Of a DNA stretch of 41,240 nt, positions 9,830 through 23,082 are shown in pieces. Below the pieces are notes generated by a model. That model saw only the letters and a program-made list of their open reading frames with translations, was not told the origin of the DNA and made no database searches. Positions within the stretch are counted from its first letter, which is position 1; each line of letters begins with the position of its first letter. The DNA lies in NCBI GenBank assembly GCA_905331295.1, contig CAJNYD010000451.1, forward strand, positions 1 to 41,240, in the 5' to 3' direction. This DNA comes from Rotaria socialis. Its lineage: Eukaryota. Made by a program: the position numbers and the translations under genes.

Positions 9830-12800
9830 ATGTCTTTAAACTATGCAAGAGAATTATTAAAAATAAGTTTAAGTCAATTATGTGATTCAATTGGATTTGA
9901 TACAACATCAGAAATAGCATTAGATATTTTAGTTGATGTTTGTGAAAGACAATTTCAATCATTATCTAAACAAACATCAAATCTTATTCAATTGAATAAT
10001 CGTTATCAAGAAAATTATTTTGATATTTTATCAATTTTATTGGAAAATAATCATGAAAATCTTGATCAATTACAAGATTATATGTTTAAATTTCAGTCGT
10101 CAACATTTCCAAAAGATATTATTCAATTTCCATTCAGAAAAAGAAATCAAATTTACTTAAGAATTCCACCAAAAGATTCACAAGAAATAATTCAACGAGA
10201 TCAAAATTCATCAACAGAGTATATTTACGATTGGTTGCCACTTTTTCCTGATCGTAAGGTTTTCTTTATTTTAGTTTTTATTTCAATACTTTTCTTTTTT
10301 TTCTTTTTGTAAATAGAAGAAACACCTGAACAGTCATCATTGATTAATATTGATACAAATATTGATGCAACTATTTATCAAGACCAACAAAAAAAATTTG
10401 ATAAGTATGAATATTTAAGGAAAATGCTTTTCTTTCTGCTAAACAATATTTCTATACAGCAAGCGTTTCAACCTTGATTAGTATTCTTATCGATATTCTA
10501 TTCCAGTCTGATGTATTCGAATTTATCATCAAATATGAAACAAGATCGAGAGAAACATTGGCATAAAAAAACAAAATAAATTTGAAAAACTGTTGAAAAT
10601 GATGAAATATCTTGTCGAATGTATTATTCCGCAAGAATAAATAGTAGACTTCATCAGAAGATGACAGAACCTTTTTCAATTTTTTAATTCAATATGAAAA
10701 TGTTTGCTTGAAAGAAATAGAATGCAATTTATGTCCATAGTTCTAGCGTTTAGATCGGATGTGTGACAAAAAAATGATTGAAGATTTCTTCTGCTAAAAA
10801 TTTATCTATTTCAACAATGCATCATGGAGAAGGAATCTATCTACAAAGTTTACTTCTCTTTCGAAAACTATAGTTTAAGAACAAAATGAAGTTTTATTTT
10901 AGAAATTTTCGCCATAAGAGAGACAGAATTGTTTCAATCCGAAAATGCTTTTCTACACAGATATTGTTCGAATTATTCAGTTTGAAATCTTAAGCTTTTT
11001 ATTTCTATTTAACCTAAAAACTAATAGGAAAAGTGTTAGCTATAACTTATAGAATTTGAAAAAGGCAACATTTCATTGTTGTCTCTATTATAGAAAAGGT
11101 ATCATTTCTTTTTTTCTGAATATTTTTGTATTTACTTCAAATCATTTCTGTTCAATGATATTATTTTATTGGAATTTAATTTAATTTAGATCTGATTCTC
11201 ATCATCCATTGACACTTTTATCGTTCTTAAGTAAAAATGGTGACGAACCAACATCAGTACCAATTGGTAAACGACCAAATCAATCATTACCTTCAATTCT
11301 TTATCGTCCAAGACGCATTATTGAAATGGAAGTAGCTGCTGCTGCTACTGCTGCGGCTGAAAAAGCAAAAAAGGAGCAACTTGAGAAGGTTTTTCCTCAT
11401 TTTTTTATTCTACTTTTCTGTTTTAAATCAAACTTCATAAAAATAAATTAGGAAACTAATGAAAAAGATCAACAAGGCCCACCACCACCACTTCGTTTAA
11501 CTATACCAAAACCTTTAGTTGTCAATGATAAAGGTCCAATAACAAATAAAAAGTTGTCATCATCAATTTTAACAACAACAACAACAACACCTACAATACC
11601 ATCATCTTCATCTTCATTATCAACATTAACACTAACAACAACAATAACAACAACAGCTGCAGTAGCAACAACGATACCGACAACCACAACCACAACTTCA
11701 ACGGTAACAAATCCAATGGCAATAGATGGAATAATTAATAAAAATGGTATAAATACTTCTTTATTCATTGGAAATATTCCATCTGTCAATCTTGGAAATA
11801 AAATTATTGTCAGTCCACCATTAAATGATTCAAATGCAAAACAAATACATTCTCATACAAATATTTCAACTAATGTTTGAATTTATTTAATTAAATTTAT
11901 TTCAAATATTTTATTTATTTTATTATTTTTTTAGTTATCAGAATCATTAACGAATATTGATAAAAATGAAGAAACAGCTCTTGATCTAACAAAAAAATCA
12001 ACTTTAATATCATCACCAGCGAAACTTCCAAGATTAAAATTAAATATTAAAAATGTTTCAAATCCTCAAATAACAAATAATGCTTCAAATCCACAGGTTG
12101 AATTAATTTTTTATTTTTAACAAATTTCCTTTTTCGGTATTTTGAAAATCGATGTCAAGTATACTATTATGAATTCAAAGAATTTCAAATGCTTAGCATT
12201 TTATAAATGATCAAACAATTTTTTTGAAATCTTTTCAAAGAATCACCAAAATATTTTTACAAGCCTTCGTAGAAATTTCCACAAATTTTAAATCTGTATC
12301 ATCTTGAATGATATTTTTAAGATTTTGAGACAAGAGAAAAATTAATTATCAAGATTAAAATCATTTAGTTTTATTCATTCAACAAGAGAAAAAGATTATC
12401 TTGTCTTCTTTTTTCATATTGATAGTTTTTGTACACAAATTTTAAATAGATCTTCTCTTTTCTTAGCTATGTATTGAATTGTTTTGAAAATGTCAAAGTT
12501 ATTGAGAGAAATATCTTTTAATGGTAGAAGCTACCCGATATTTATTTTATTACTGAAAACAAATAGAAGAGAAGAAGGCTTTTAATAACTTTACTTTCAT
12601 AAATTTAGATAAGTCCACCAACTACTAAAAAGCAAATTCAACGACCGTCATCAAGTACTAAACAATTACCCAATACTCATGAGGTTATTATTACTTTATT
12701 TCTTAAACAATTTGTTTGACATATTTTATTGAAAATAATTTTTTCTTTAATAAAAATAAAAATAGACAAAAACTATTTTTCATCATATTAATAGAAGATT

Positions 12801-13426
12801 TTTCAGCTAAAAAATATAATTAGAAATCATCTGGTAGGATTTCTTTTAATTCAAGTGCAAGAAAAGAAAATTTTCTCTTTCAACCAAAATTTCTAAATAA
12901 ATTTCTTCTTCCTTTCTTTCTGTTGAAGCATTTCCCATCATCAAGAAACTAAAATAAAAATAAAAATACATATTTTCTCTTAAATAATTTAGAAAGTCAA
13001 TTTAACAATTCGAACCTCATCATTACCATTATTTGGAACAAATGAAAAAATTTCAATGATAAGTCCACCATTAATTGTTTCAAATGAAAACCTTTTAAAT
13101 TCTATTGAAACTTCAAATAATCCAATTTATGAAAACAAAAAACTAAATGACTTCAATCAAATAAATATTCGTTCAGAACAAGGATCAACTTCAGTAGCAT
13201 AACTAATTTTTATTCTTTATTCAAAATTATTTTATTTTACTTTTTGTGTAGAATGAAATAGATCGACGAGAAAAGAAAAAGAATAAGAAGAAAAAGCATC
13301 ATAATGATCAACATGATCAAAAAGAAAAAAAGATAAAAAAAGAACAAGAAAATAATTTAGTTGAACAACAATTTATGACAATGGATATTGATCCTATTCC
13401 ATCATCATCATCATCATTATCAACAA

Positions 13427-13457
<31 letters not shown>

Positions 13458-15448
13458 AACAACAACAACAACAACTGTGACAACATCCAATACTGTAACG
13501 AATTATTTAACATTTTTTTTTAACGAAAACAAAAATTAATTGTCTAAATTTAGTCAATGACAAATCAATCATCTGGAGGCACTATTCGTTTAAAAATAAA
13601 ATTAGGAAAACCATCGAATTCAGCAAATACTCTTGAAACAAATAAATCTGATGATCAATTTAATTCAATAAATTTACACGATAATCAATCAAACGCTCAA
13701 CCAGAGTATTTTTATTATTTTCAACTGATGTATTTTTTAAATATCTCTTTTAAGATCAAAAACAAGTCCAATACTTCTGAAATTACAAGTTGGACCAGGA
13801 AATAATCCTTCAATATCTCCATCGATTTCGACTCGTCCGCCCATTATTTCAACAATGAATCGATCAGCATCACAAAAACGAAAATCTGGAAAAGTCAAAC
13901 GTGTTCCACAACCAACAAATGCAACTATAACGAATTCTTCATCAAATATTTTTTTTCATGAAGATAATACTCTTTCAATGGATGATCTTCCACTTGGCGA
14001 ACGAACATCACCAAATAAACATGTAATAAATAATATTCAAACAAATTTACCTCAACAAATTATTTCAACACCAATTAAAAAGAAAACAAATGCAAATAAA
14101 AAAAAATCAAATAATAACAAACGAACAAATAATATTGTTGGTGTTGCTGTTATTGAAGAACGACGTGTAAGAATTTTATTTTTATTTCTCAGAAAGATTC
14201 AATTTGAATTAAATTTAATTCATCTTATTCCCATTGAATTTTATTTTAATTAATCATTAATTATTTTTTCTTTCATATCAAAATTTTAAAAAAAAATTCA
14301 TATTTATCAAATAGTAATTTCGATTTATCAGAGACTGATCATTACCTAAAAGAAAAAGATTTCATCTGAGTTCATATTTAATTATATATTTAATATTCAT
14401 TTATCTGGCCATCAAAATTTATCAATTAAATCATTGTTTTCTTATTGAAATATTTCATTTTTCAACATTGCTTTTAATTTAAAATATGACCAAATATTAA
14501 TTGAAATTTTCCTTGATCACCTAACATCTGAAGACAACAATTCGTATATTGTTAGAATAGAAATTAAGGATGAAATTTAAAATAAGATTCTTATTAATAT
14601 TATTTCAAGTCTAAAGAGTATTCCTTTCAAAAAGTTGATTTCAAATTTTATTTTAATTCTATCAGTGTTTGAATTAACTGAAAGACAGTAATCTAATTAA
14701 ACATAACAAATTTATTGATAAAATTTCTGCTTAATACTTTTTATTTTCCATTGATTGGAAATGTGTGATCTCTTATTACAATTATTTTTTGGAAGATAAA
14801 AACATTTACCCATCACATGATTAGATCATGAATCAAAATTATTTTAATTCTAATTTTGATTGATTAAAAAACTTCTATATTTAAGATACAATTCTGTTCT
14901 ATAGAAACATATATATACACTAGTGTTTTCTTTTTTTACTTTTAAATTTCGACTTTAGCAGGAAGAAAATAGCCATTTGCGGATATACTAGTTATCGAAT
15001 ATAAAATGATTCAATAGTTCGTTAAACAAAATACATAGTTAAGAAATAAATGAGACAGTTTGTTTAAATATTCGAATAATTTAGATCGATCATGATTCAC
15101 AAGAAAAAATTTGGATATGTCCATCATGTAATAGGCCTGATAATGGACAAGAAGCAATGATTGCATGTGATTTATGTGATGATTGGTATCATTGGTTAGT
15201 TCGATTTTACTTTTCGTTTTAATAATATATTTCTTTTTAATCAAATAAATTTGTTTAGGGAATGCGTTGGTATTGCTGAAGAACCTCCGGAATCGATTCC
15301 ATGGTTTTGTCCGAAATGTCATCGATCAAATTCTTCAACAGCATCAGCACAAGGAATAAAACCATCAGCTTCAAGTAAAGCAAAACGAAAACGAGCTTCA
15401 GTTATTTATCAACAACAACAAAAACAACAACAATATCCACAACAATAA
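9830..15448 (+). CDS. TAF3: TFIID subunit 3 (N-terminal histone-fold/BTP domain, C-terminal PHD finger), ~12 exons
   Basis: N-terminus MSLNYARELLKISLSQLCDSIGFD...EYIYDWLPLFP. Long low-complexity T/S/K-rich middle (exons approx. 10317-10405, 11190-11388, 11452-11874, 11935-12096, 12609-12682, 12992-13193, 13252-13494, 13554-13705, 13754-14166). PHD IWICPSCNRPDNGQEAMIACDLCDDWYHW|ECVGIAEEPPESIPWFCPKC is split over ~15084-15194 and ~15259-15448. Confidence 0.93.
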
Positions 15449-15612
15449 TATTGATTGATCTAGTCTATTGTCAGATTAGTTTTGTTTTATTTGAACAGTT
15501 TTATTTCTGTATCATGAATAAATATTTAAGAAAAATTTACAAACACAAAGAGACAATTAATATTGAAATATTAAATCAGTTGAATATTTTCTAGATTGAA
15601 ATAATTAGAAAA

Positions 15613-16344
15613 ATGCATCTAGTCAATACGAATGATCGATCAATTTCATCGATTCCAGATGATAATTGGAGACCACCATTTGTTACATTAGAAACATCGT
15701 AGGTTTTATTTTCTATTTTAATAAGAATAAATCAAATTTCATTTTCATTTTTAGAATGGGTAAAATTCTTGTTGAACTCTATTGGGATCACGCACCTAAT
15801 ACATGTAGAAACTTTGCTGAATTAACTCGACGAGGATATTATAATTCAACAAAATTTCATAGAGTTGTTAAGGATTTCATTGTACAAGGTGGAGATCCAA
15901 CTGGAACAGGACGTGGTGGTGCATCGATTTACGGAAAATATTTTAATGATGAAATTACTCCTTTATTAAAACATACTGGTAAGAAAAACTCGTGTATTTT
16001 CTAAGACCTTCAAATAATTTGAAGAATTTTATTTTTTTTATCTTAAATTATTTCATTCATTGATAAAAAGAAGAAAGGAACAATTGTTAATCTAATTTTT
16101 TTTCATAGGTGCAGGTATAATATCAATGGCAAATGCTGGTCCAAATACAAATGGTTCACAATTCTTTTTTACATTAGCTCCAGCTCAAACATTAGATAAA
16201 TTACATACAATATTTGGACGTATTCATTCAGGTATTAATATTCTACAAAAGATGTCAATGATTCAAACAACAGATAATGATCGACCAATTGATGATATAA
16301 CAATTATTCGGGCTTACATTACACCAAACACAGAAACAGAATAA
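15613..16344 (+). CDS. PPIL1: Spliceosomal cyclophilin PPIL1, 181 aa, 3 exons
   Basis: Exons 15613-15698, 15755-15978 and 16109-16344 translate as IPDDNWRPPFVTLETSMGKILVELYWDHAPNTCRNFAELTRRGYY...FHR...QGGDPTGTGRGGASIYG...MANAGPNTNGSQFF. Confidence 0.95.
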
Positions 16345-19300
16345 ACGCATTCTCATTGTATAGGATCAACTTTCTTCTTGTTCTTTTTTTTTGTTATTTC
16401 ATGTAAGATTCAATTGTTGTTCTTTGCAAATTTTTCATGAAATATACAAGATCGACACGAAATAGATTAATTTCCATCAAAATAATCTATGAAACGAAAG
16501 TCTTGAATAAAAACTGTTCAATTATTTTTCATTTCATTGCAATATAACTGTTTTGAATTTCAACTAATGTATTACTAGTGAATTGTTTTACACTTGCTCA
16601 GTATAAGTCTTATGTTCTGATTGAAAATGAAGAAATTCAATAAAACTTTCGTTTGGATCGCTCAGTTTCTAAATGTAAAGTTGACTCTAGAACCTATGTT
16701 ACTTTATTATGTATGAAAGATTTTTAATACTTGTTTTTAAACAAAACTAATTTATTTCGTAGAAATACATGAATTTTAAAGGATAACAAATTTTGTTAAT
16801 GATGAAATTCTATAATCTTTTTAGAGAATTGAATTGTTTACAATAATCTTAAGTTGAAACTATTATAAAATACAAATAAATTCAACTGAAAAGTATATCG
16901 AATTATCTATTCTGAAAATTTTTCATAATTAACAACAATTTGATCTTCGAAAAAATAAGGCCTATATCAAGCGAAGTCTTTGATGAAACAGAACAAAAAC
17001 CAACAAATATCTTATCATTAATAGAATAAAAGATAGTACACCATATAAAGATTGAATTTCAAATAAAAAGAAAAACTAGTAAATTAGTCGTCTATGAAAA
17101 GTGTTTCTTCGAACAAATGACTGTGATTAAATCCATCATTCAATAAAACAAAAGAAAAACAATGTTTTTGTCATTTTTATCAAAACTAGGAACAATTGTT
17201 TTTTGTTTTTACTCGAATTCTCAAAGAATTCCGGTTGCAAAATAGTTGATGATGAATCAGTACAAATAATTTATCGAAATATACATCATAGCTATTAGTT
17301 AAGTTTTTATCTCATGTACCTACGAAACGATCAAAATAAAAAAAATAAGAAGCATTTAAGTTAAAAAAGAATAATTCAAGTAAAATTTCTACATGGAATG
17401 CAATATTTAGTAAATATATTCATGTTTCAAAATGCAGAAAATAATCATTTTTTTAGAGTACTCGAATAATCTTCTCGATATATTTATTTGTATAGGTTGA
17501 AGTTGCTTCATCGATTATTAGATGTTATTACGCAGTCAATATTCTATTGAGAACAAATCTTTGATATCGATTCATATGATTGAGTAATCTTGTGCCAAAT
17601 GATAAATACGTATATCAATAAATCTTTTTTTCTATATTGACTATGATGATGTTGTAGTTCTCAATGAGTCCTAGTAGATTTCTTGATTGATCTTTCGTAG
17701 GTTTATATCACTTTAATTTCTCTAGTGGCTCAAGAGAATATCATTTTTAATCGCGATTAATGTACTATCGATAGTACAAAGATGAAAGAAAGATTTTCGT
17801 TATACTGAATCATAGTTAATATACTTGTACGTGTAAAGAAGACTTGCTTTTCTATAATAACATTTTTTCTCAGTAGGGACTGGCGGTCACTGTGATCCCA
17901 TCTCCAATTGTAACAAAACTTTACTTGTTTTCATCAAAATAAAATTCATTCCTTTTATTGATAAACATTATTATTATAACTATTTAATTCTACAATAAAA
18001 AAAAATGGAAATCAATCTACTTGTTCAACTCTTTAAAAATATCTTGAGGGTGTTCTCGTTCAATTTGTTGATCATATGCCTGATGATTTTGGTTTATGGG
18101 AATTCGATTTTAGCTTTATCTGTATAAAATCTTTAACATAAAAAATGTCGCTGTCTGATTTATTTTCTATATAAATATAAATCCTGTTTTCATATCAGAC
18201 AAATTGATAAGTAATGAACTTCCTCATCCGATTGATTCCTTTCCGAATACGAAACATTTCTTATTTACTCGTTTGGTTATTTCTCATTTTTTTTTATTAG
18301 AATACAGCTGGTCTTTGTTTATCAATTTCTAAAATAGACAACATCTGAATGTAAGTAACTAGATCTGTGTCAATTTGAAATTGTAGAAAGAATTTTTTTT
18401 CCTCTCTTGTCTCATTACGCAGTCGATAGCGTCGATGTCAACTTTGTTGTTGTCACTATGTTTTTCTCTTCATATTTACACATAGACACAAGATTTGATT
18501 ATTAGTCTTATTTTTGTTAGTTCTTCTCGTACATTTTTCATCGTTAGACGTCTATATAGTATTAACAAAAAAAATGTCGTTAACAATAGAAAATAAATGA
18601 AGAGGATGATGGAATGATCGAAAGACTATTGTTCTTCTTCTTTTTTTCCTTTTGCAAAGAAAAAGAAAGATATCGGAACCAGTGTTAGTATAACTGACAT
18701 GTTTTCCTTATTTCGCCTATTGACATTAGCGTAAAATTTCTTTTATTTTACGAATGCAGCTGCACATTAAACGACATGTCTTGTATTTTCGCTAATGTTT
18801 TCTACTAGATATTCTTTCTAGTCATTATTTTATGATATTTGACAATAACTTTCTCTTCTTGAACATAATTGTTTTCGAGTGATTTTAATTAATTAAAGGA
18901 CATAATCAAATCAGATATGTATAGAATTGAAACATTGATATAGATAGGTTGACAGAGCGGGCGAGAGAGACAACAGACAACATATCATCGAGTCTTATCA
19001 ACCATAAGGACATCAAATAATTATGAATCTATCACTGACATATAAACAGCTCTTTTATCGTCGTTTTCAATTTCTTGTTTATTAAAGTGTAGCAATGTTT
19101 AAATTTTATGAAACGTATTGCAACAATATGAACGACAATCTGATACATGAGAGAAAATCGATGTGAAAGATCGAAAGTCATAGATGAATGAAAAACTGCT
19201 TGTTATTATTTTCATAGTTGATTTTCTCGTGTCTATTAGAAAGCGAAAAAAAGGAAAGAAAATACCACATTCGTCATGGTTCTATTTTTTTAATAAAGAT

Positions 19301-19433
19301 CGACACTTATTTAGTTGTAGCCATCTAATACTTTACACATTAACATTTCTAGATAATGTTTTCTCATTGAATTATTAAAAGCTACTTTTTGAATAAAAAT
19401 AAAAGGGAAAAAAATAATTTAAATTAAAAACAA

Positions 19434-21197
19434 ATGAACTGTTCAGCAGAACTCCAAAGAAAAAATTATTCGGCAACAATATTAAATCAAGCTATGGATG
19501 ATGATGCAGGTTCATGGTGGTGGTGGACTAATGTTATTGGTAAGACTTCAGTTTTATTTTATTTTTATAAGATAGAATACTTTTGATTATTTCAACTCGA
19601 ATTTACATTGATAAATATAGAAAATAATAATCTATCAATTAAGTAGAAATCGAGAATTTTATTTGAGAATAATAAATACTATTTATTTAAAAAAGAAAAA
19701 ACTTTGTTATTAGAGAAACAATAATAATCGACATGACTATCTTCTTACCAAGTAATAATTCTGAAGAAATGATATAAATGACTCTTATCCTGAGTTGACA
19801 GTTTTATTATTGCATTGTAGTATATTATTAAATTTTTTCAAAATAGTTTATTTATCAAAGTACAAATTAAAGAAATCTTTTTCGTGAATGAAATTTATGA
19901 TAGCCGAATTTAAAATTTTTATCAAATAAAAAGTAAAATATGCACTAGGTACATTATCATTTGGTATAATTGGTATAATTGGTAATATAATATGTTTTTT
20001 GGTTGTGTGTCATTTTGCTTTACCACAACATTCATTTGTTGAATATCTTCGATCATTGGCAATATTTGATTTTTTATCGTTATTATTTGAATGTATTCAA
20101 TCATTACATGATTTATTTTATTATTTATTTTCAATAAATTTATTAAATTTTCGTTCATCAATTGTTTGTAAATTATATGAATATTTAAATCATGTTATAA
20201 TATTACTTTCTTGTTGGACAATCGTTAGTTTAACATTTGACCGTTTAATTCTTGTTTGTGATCCATGGGCAAAGCGATGGCCAAATTTGTCACGTCGTAT
20301 TTGTAATTCAAAATGTGCAAAAAAAATTATATTTTTATTGATAATTTTATCACTTTTAATAAATATTCCACATTTACTTTATCAAGAATGGATTTGTCGA
20401 AAACCTGGTTATCAACATAGTGCTGCTTTTATTGGAAATTTAAATTTAAATGAAACAAAATCGAATCATATCTCAAAACGTCTTCTCTGTCAATGTCGAA
20501 CATCACCATATCTTAGTCATCTTACACTTTTGTTTTATATTAAATGGAAAATATATATATTTCATTTATTTTGTTATACATTAATTCCAGCTATTATATT
20601 AATTGCAAGTAATACAGGTGAAATAGTTGTATTGTTTTAAACCAATAAATATTTTTCTTTCATTTCTTTTTAAAAGCAATACTAAAACTTGTTCATAGTC
20701 GTCGACAAATAGTTGGACAAAAAAATGAACATCTAAGATCAAAATTAACTCGTACATTAACATTAGTATCAATTATGTTTTTAATTTTATATTTTCCTCA
20801 TGCAATTGTTCAAACATTATCAATATTAATATTTCCAAGTTATCATAAACGTTGCGATATTCGTTCATTAATTATAATCCGTATATTAAAACGTTTAAGC
20901 GAATTAATGAATATAACTGCATTAGGTATTAATTTCTTCATATATATATTGGGTGTTAATCATTATCGTTCAGCAGCAATAAAAATGTTAGGTTTACATA
21001 ATTTTAATTTGTTTTTACCATATTTAACTGTTGAACATCGAAATTCTATTGCATCAACATTGATACATTCAAATAAATACAATAGAACAAATATTCAAAT
21101 GAATAATTCAACCATTCAATTATTAACAATAAAAAATAATGAGAATTTAAATCAAATTTCAAAATCATCATTAGAGAACACAAATTTATCAAAATAA
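19434..21197 (+). CDS. Orphan rhodopsin-class (class A) GPCR, peptide-receptor-like, ~431 aa, 3 exons
   Basis: Exons 19434-19539, 19949-20617 and 20677-21197. TM1 GIIGN, TM2 YLRSLAIFD, TM3 CKL...WTIVSLTFDRLILVCDP, TM4 INIPH, TM5 LIP, TM6 FLILYFP, TM7 INFFIY. Confidence 0.9.
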
Positions 21198-23072
21198 TTA
21201 ATTTATTATTTTTTCTGTGATTTTATATTACTAACAAATTAAATATCGAATTTTTCAATCAAACAAATATTTATTATGAAAATTTAGACACCAACTAAAC
21301 AAACAACACATAAAACACTTATATAGTATCAATAAACAGAAGAAAAAAAAGCAGGCGATCTTTCAACATCATAGAAATTTCAATCGAGTAATTGAACTTG
21401 ATATTCAATCATAGAAAATTAAGTTACCCGTTTTCCAAAATATTCTCAACAATTATTTAGCTAAAAACTAAACATTAAAGCTGATTTAAATAAATATTAA
21501 AAACTATTTTCTTTTCTTTTTTTTTCTTTGCTTCTTTTCTTCTCTGGAAATAATCGAGAGAAGGCTTGAGTTGAGCGCAACAAAAATTCTTCTATTTCTT
21601 CCTTTGTTTGTTTTTCCGAGAAAGAAGACTTTTCTTAATCCCGAATCGAATTTTTATTTTACTTCTCTCGTTCAGACTCGTCTTCAAATATTTTTCTCAT
21701 GTGACACATTATCGTTTATCTAATTATGCGATAGGAGAAAATTGTAAAAAAATAAACAGCTATCGATGGCATAGCGGTCGATATATGTTATTGATTAATA
21801 TTTTGCTTGTCAATTATAAACTCAATGAAAAAAATAAAATATTTTCGACAGTTAATTATTTGAAATTAGATCAGCTTCTATTTATTTATTCTTCCACAGT
21901 AAACAGTTTTTTTCTGTTGATATTATATGAAAACGTAATTTGGTTATCGTATGTGTAAACAAATATTTACAGGTTTGTTAAAATAATAAATGATTTCAAC
22001 TTTTATTTTTCTGATCAACTTCATAATTGATAAAGTAACTATCATTATTTTAGAATTATAATCTTTAAGAGTAAACATTTAACTTAATCTATTTCTCCTA
22101 TTAAATGGAAAACTTTCTCTTGTAGTCGATTAAAATGATTTGAATATGTTTTTTCTTTCAAAGAATCAATCATAACAGTTATACTTTTGCAGATAAAACA
22201 TTTATTAATTATGTTAAAGATTATTTCTTTAAGAAAAACTACATGAAATTATTTCTATCAAGTGATTATTCATTGCATACATTATTTTCAATTGATATGA
22301 CTATTGAATTAATAAAGAGAATAAATAAAAACGAAAGAAAATGAAGTTTTTAGCCAATGAATAATATTTATTTTTGATAAGTATTTAAATAATGCTTCAA
22401 AATCTATATTGACTTTAATCATTCGATGAACTTTTCTATGTGTTGAGAATGTAAGAGAAAGATGAGTATCTATATTGAGATTTAATTCATAATGAAAAGT
22501 TCTAATGAAGACAGTGTTTATTCGAAATTTAAATGGAAATTTTTGGTCTTTTTACGACGAGTTTTTGAGCAGTTGCTAATTATTAGGTTCTCAATTGATA
22601 TCAATACGTTTCTATTGTTTCTATTAATAGTTATTATATCATTGAAATGTAATGAAGATAGTAGTTAATGATATAAATTTTATGAATTTCAATTAGAATA
22701 TTATGACGATCAGTATTATTTTATAGGTTTTAATAACAAGTTGATGCTGTTATCAGTTTTGTTGTCATTTCGGTTACGTTTTTGAAGTCATGTATTTTCA
22801 TCTTCATGATTTTGTTTTGTGCTATTTTGATTGAAAATGATCGTATGAAGGCCAAAAATTTCCACTTAAATTTCGCATAAACGTTGTCTACATTAGAATT
22901 TTTCATTATGTATTGAGAAATATATCGATATCAACTATGAAAACAATAAACTCAATCACGGAAACACTCATATATCATAACTTTATTGGTTAATGAAATG
23001 AAAATAGAATTAATCAAAGGATTGATTCGATTATTCTAAGATATAAAAAAAGAGAGAAGGATAATTCATAAT

Positions 23073-23082
23073 NNNNNNNNNN
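23073..23082. other. Assembly gap (10 N) adjacent to a poly-C run
   Basis: N run followed by a C homopolymer to ~23105. Confidence 0.95.

Noticed and set aside
11469..11789. Val-rich minus-strand ORF (similar ones at 32026-32364)
   Set aside because: Antisense shadows of (ACA)n Thr/Ser-rich coding exons.
17490..17760. Possible decayed GPCR fragment upstream of the intact GPCR
   Set aside because: Only a vague LCQM...YI resemblance with many stops, which is insufficient.
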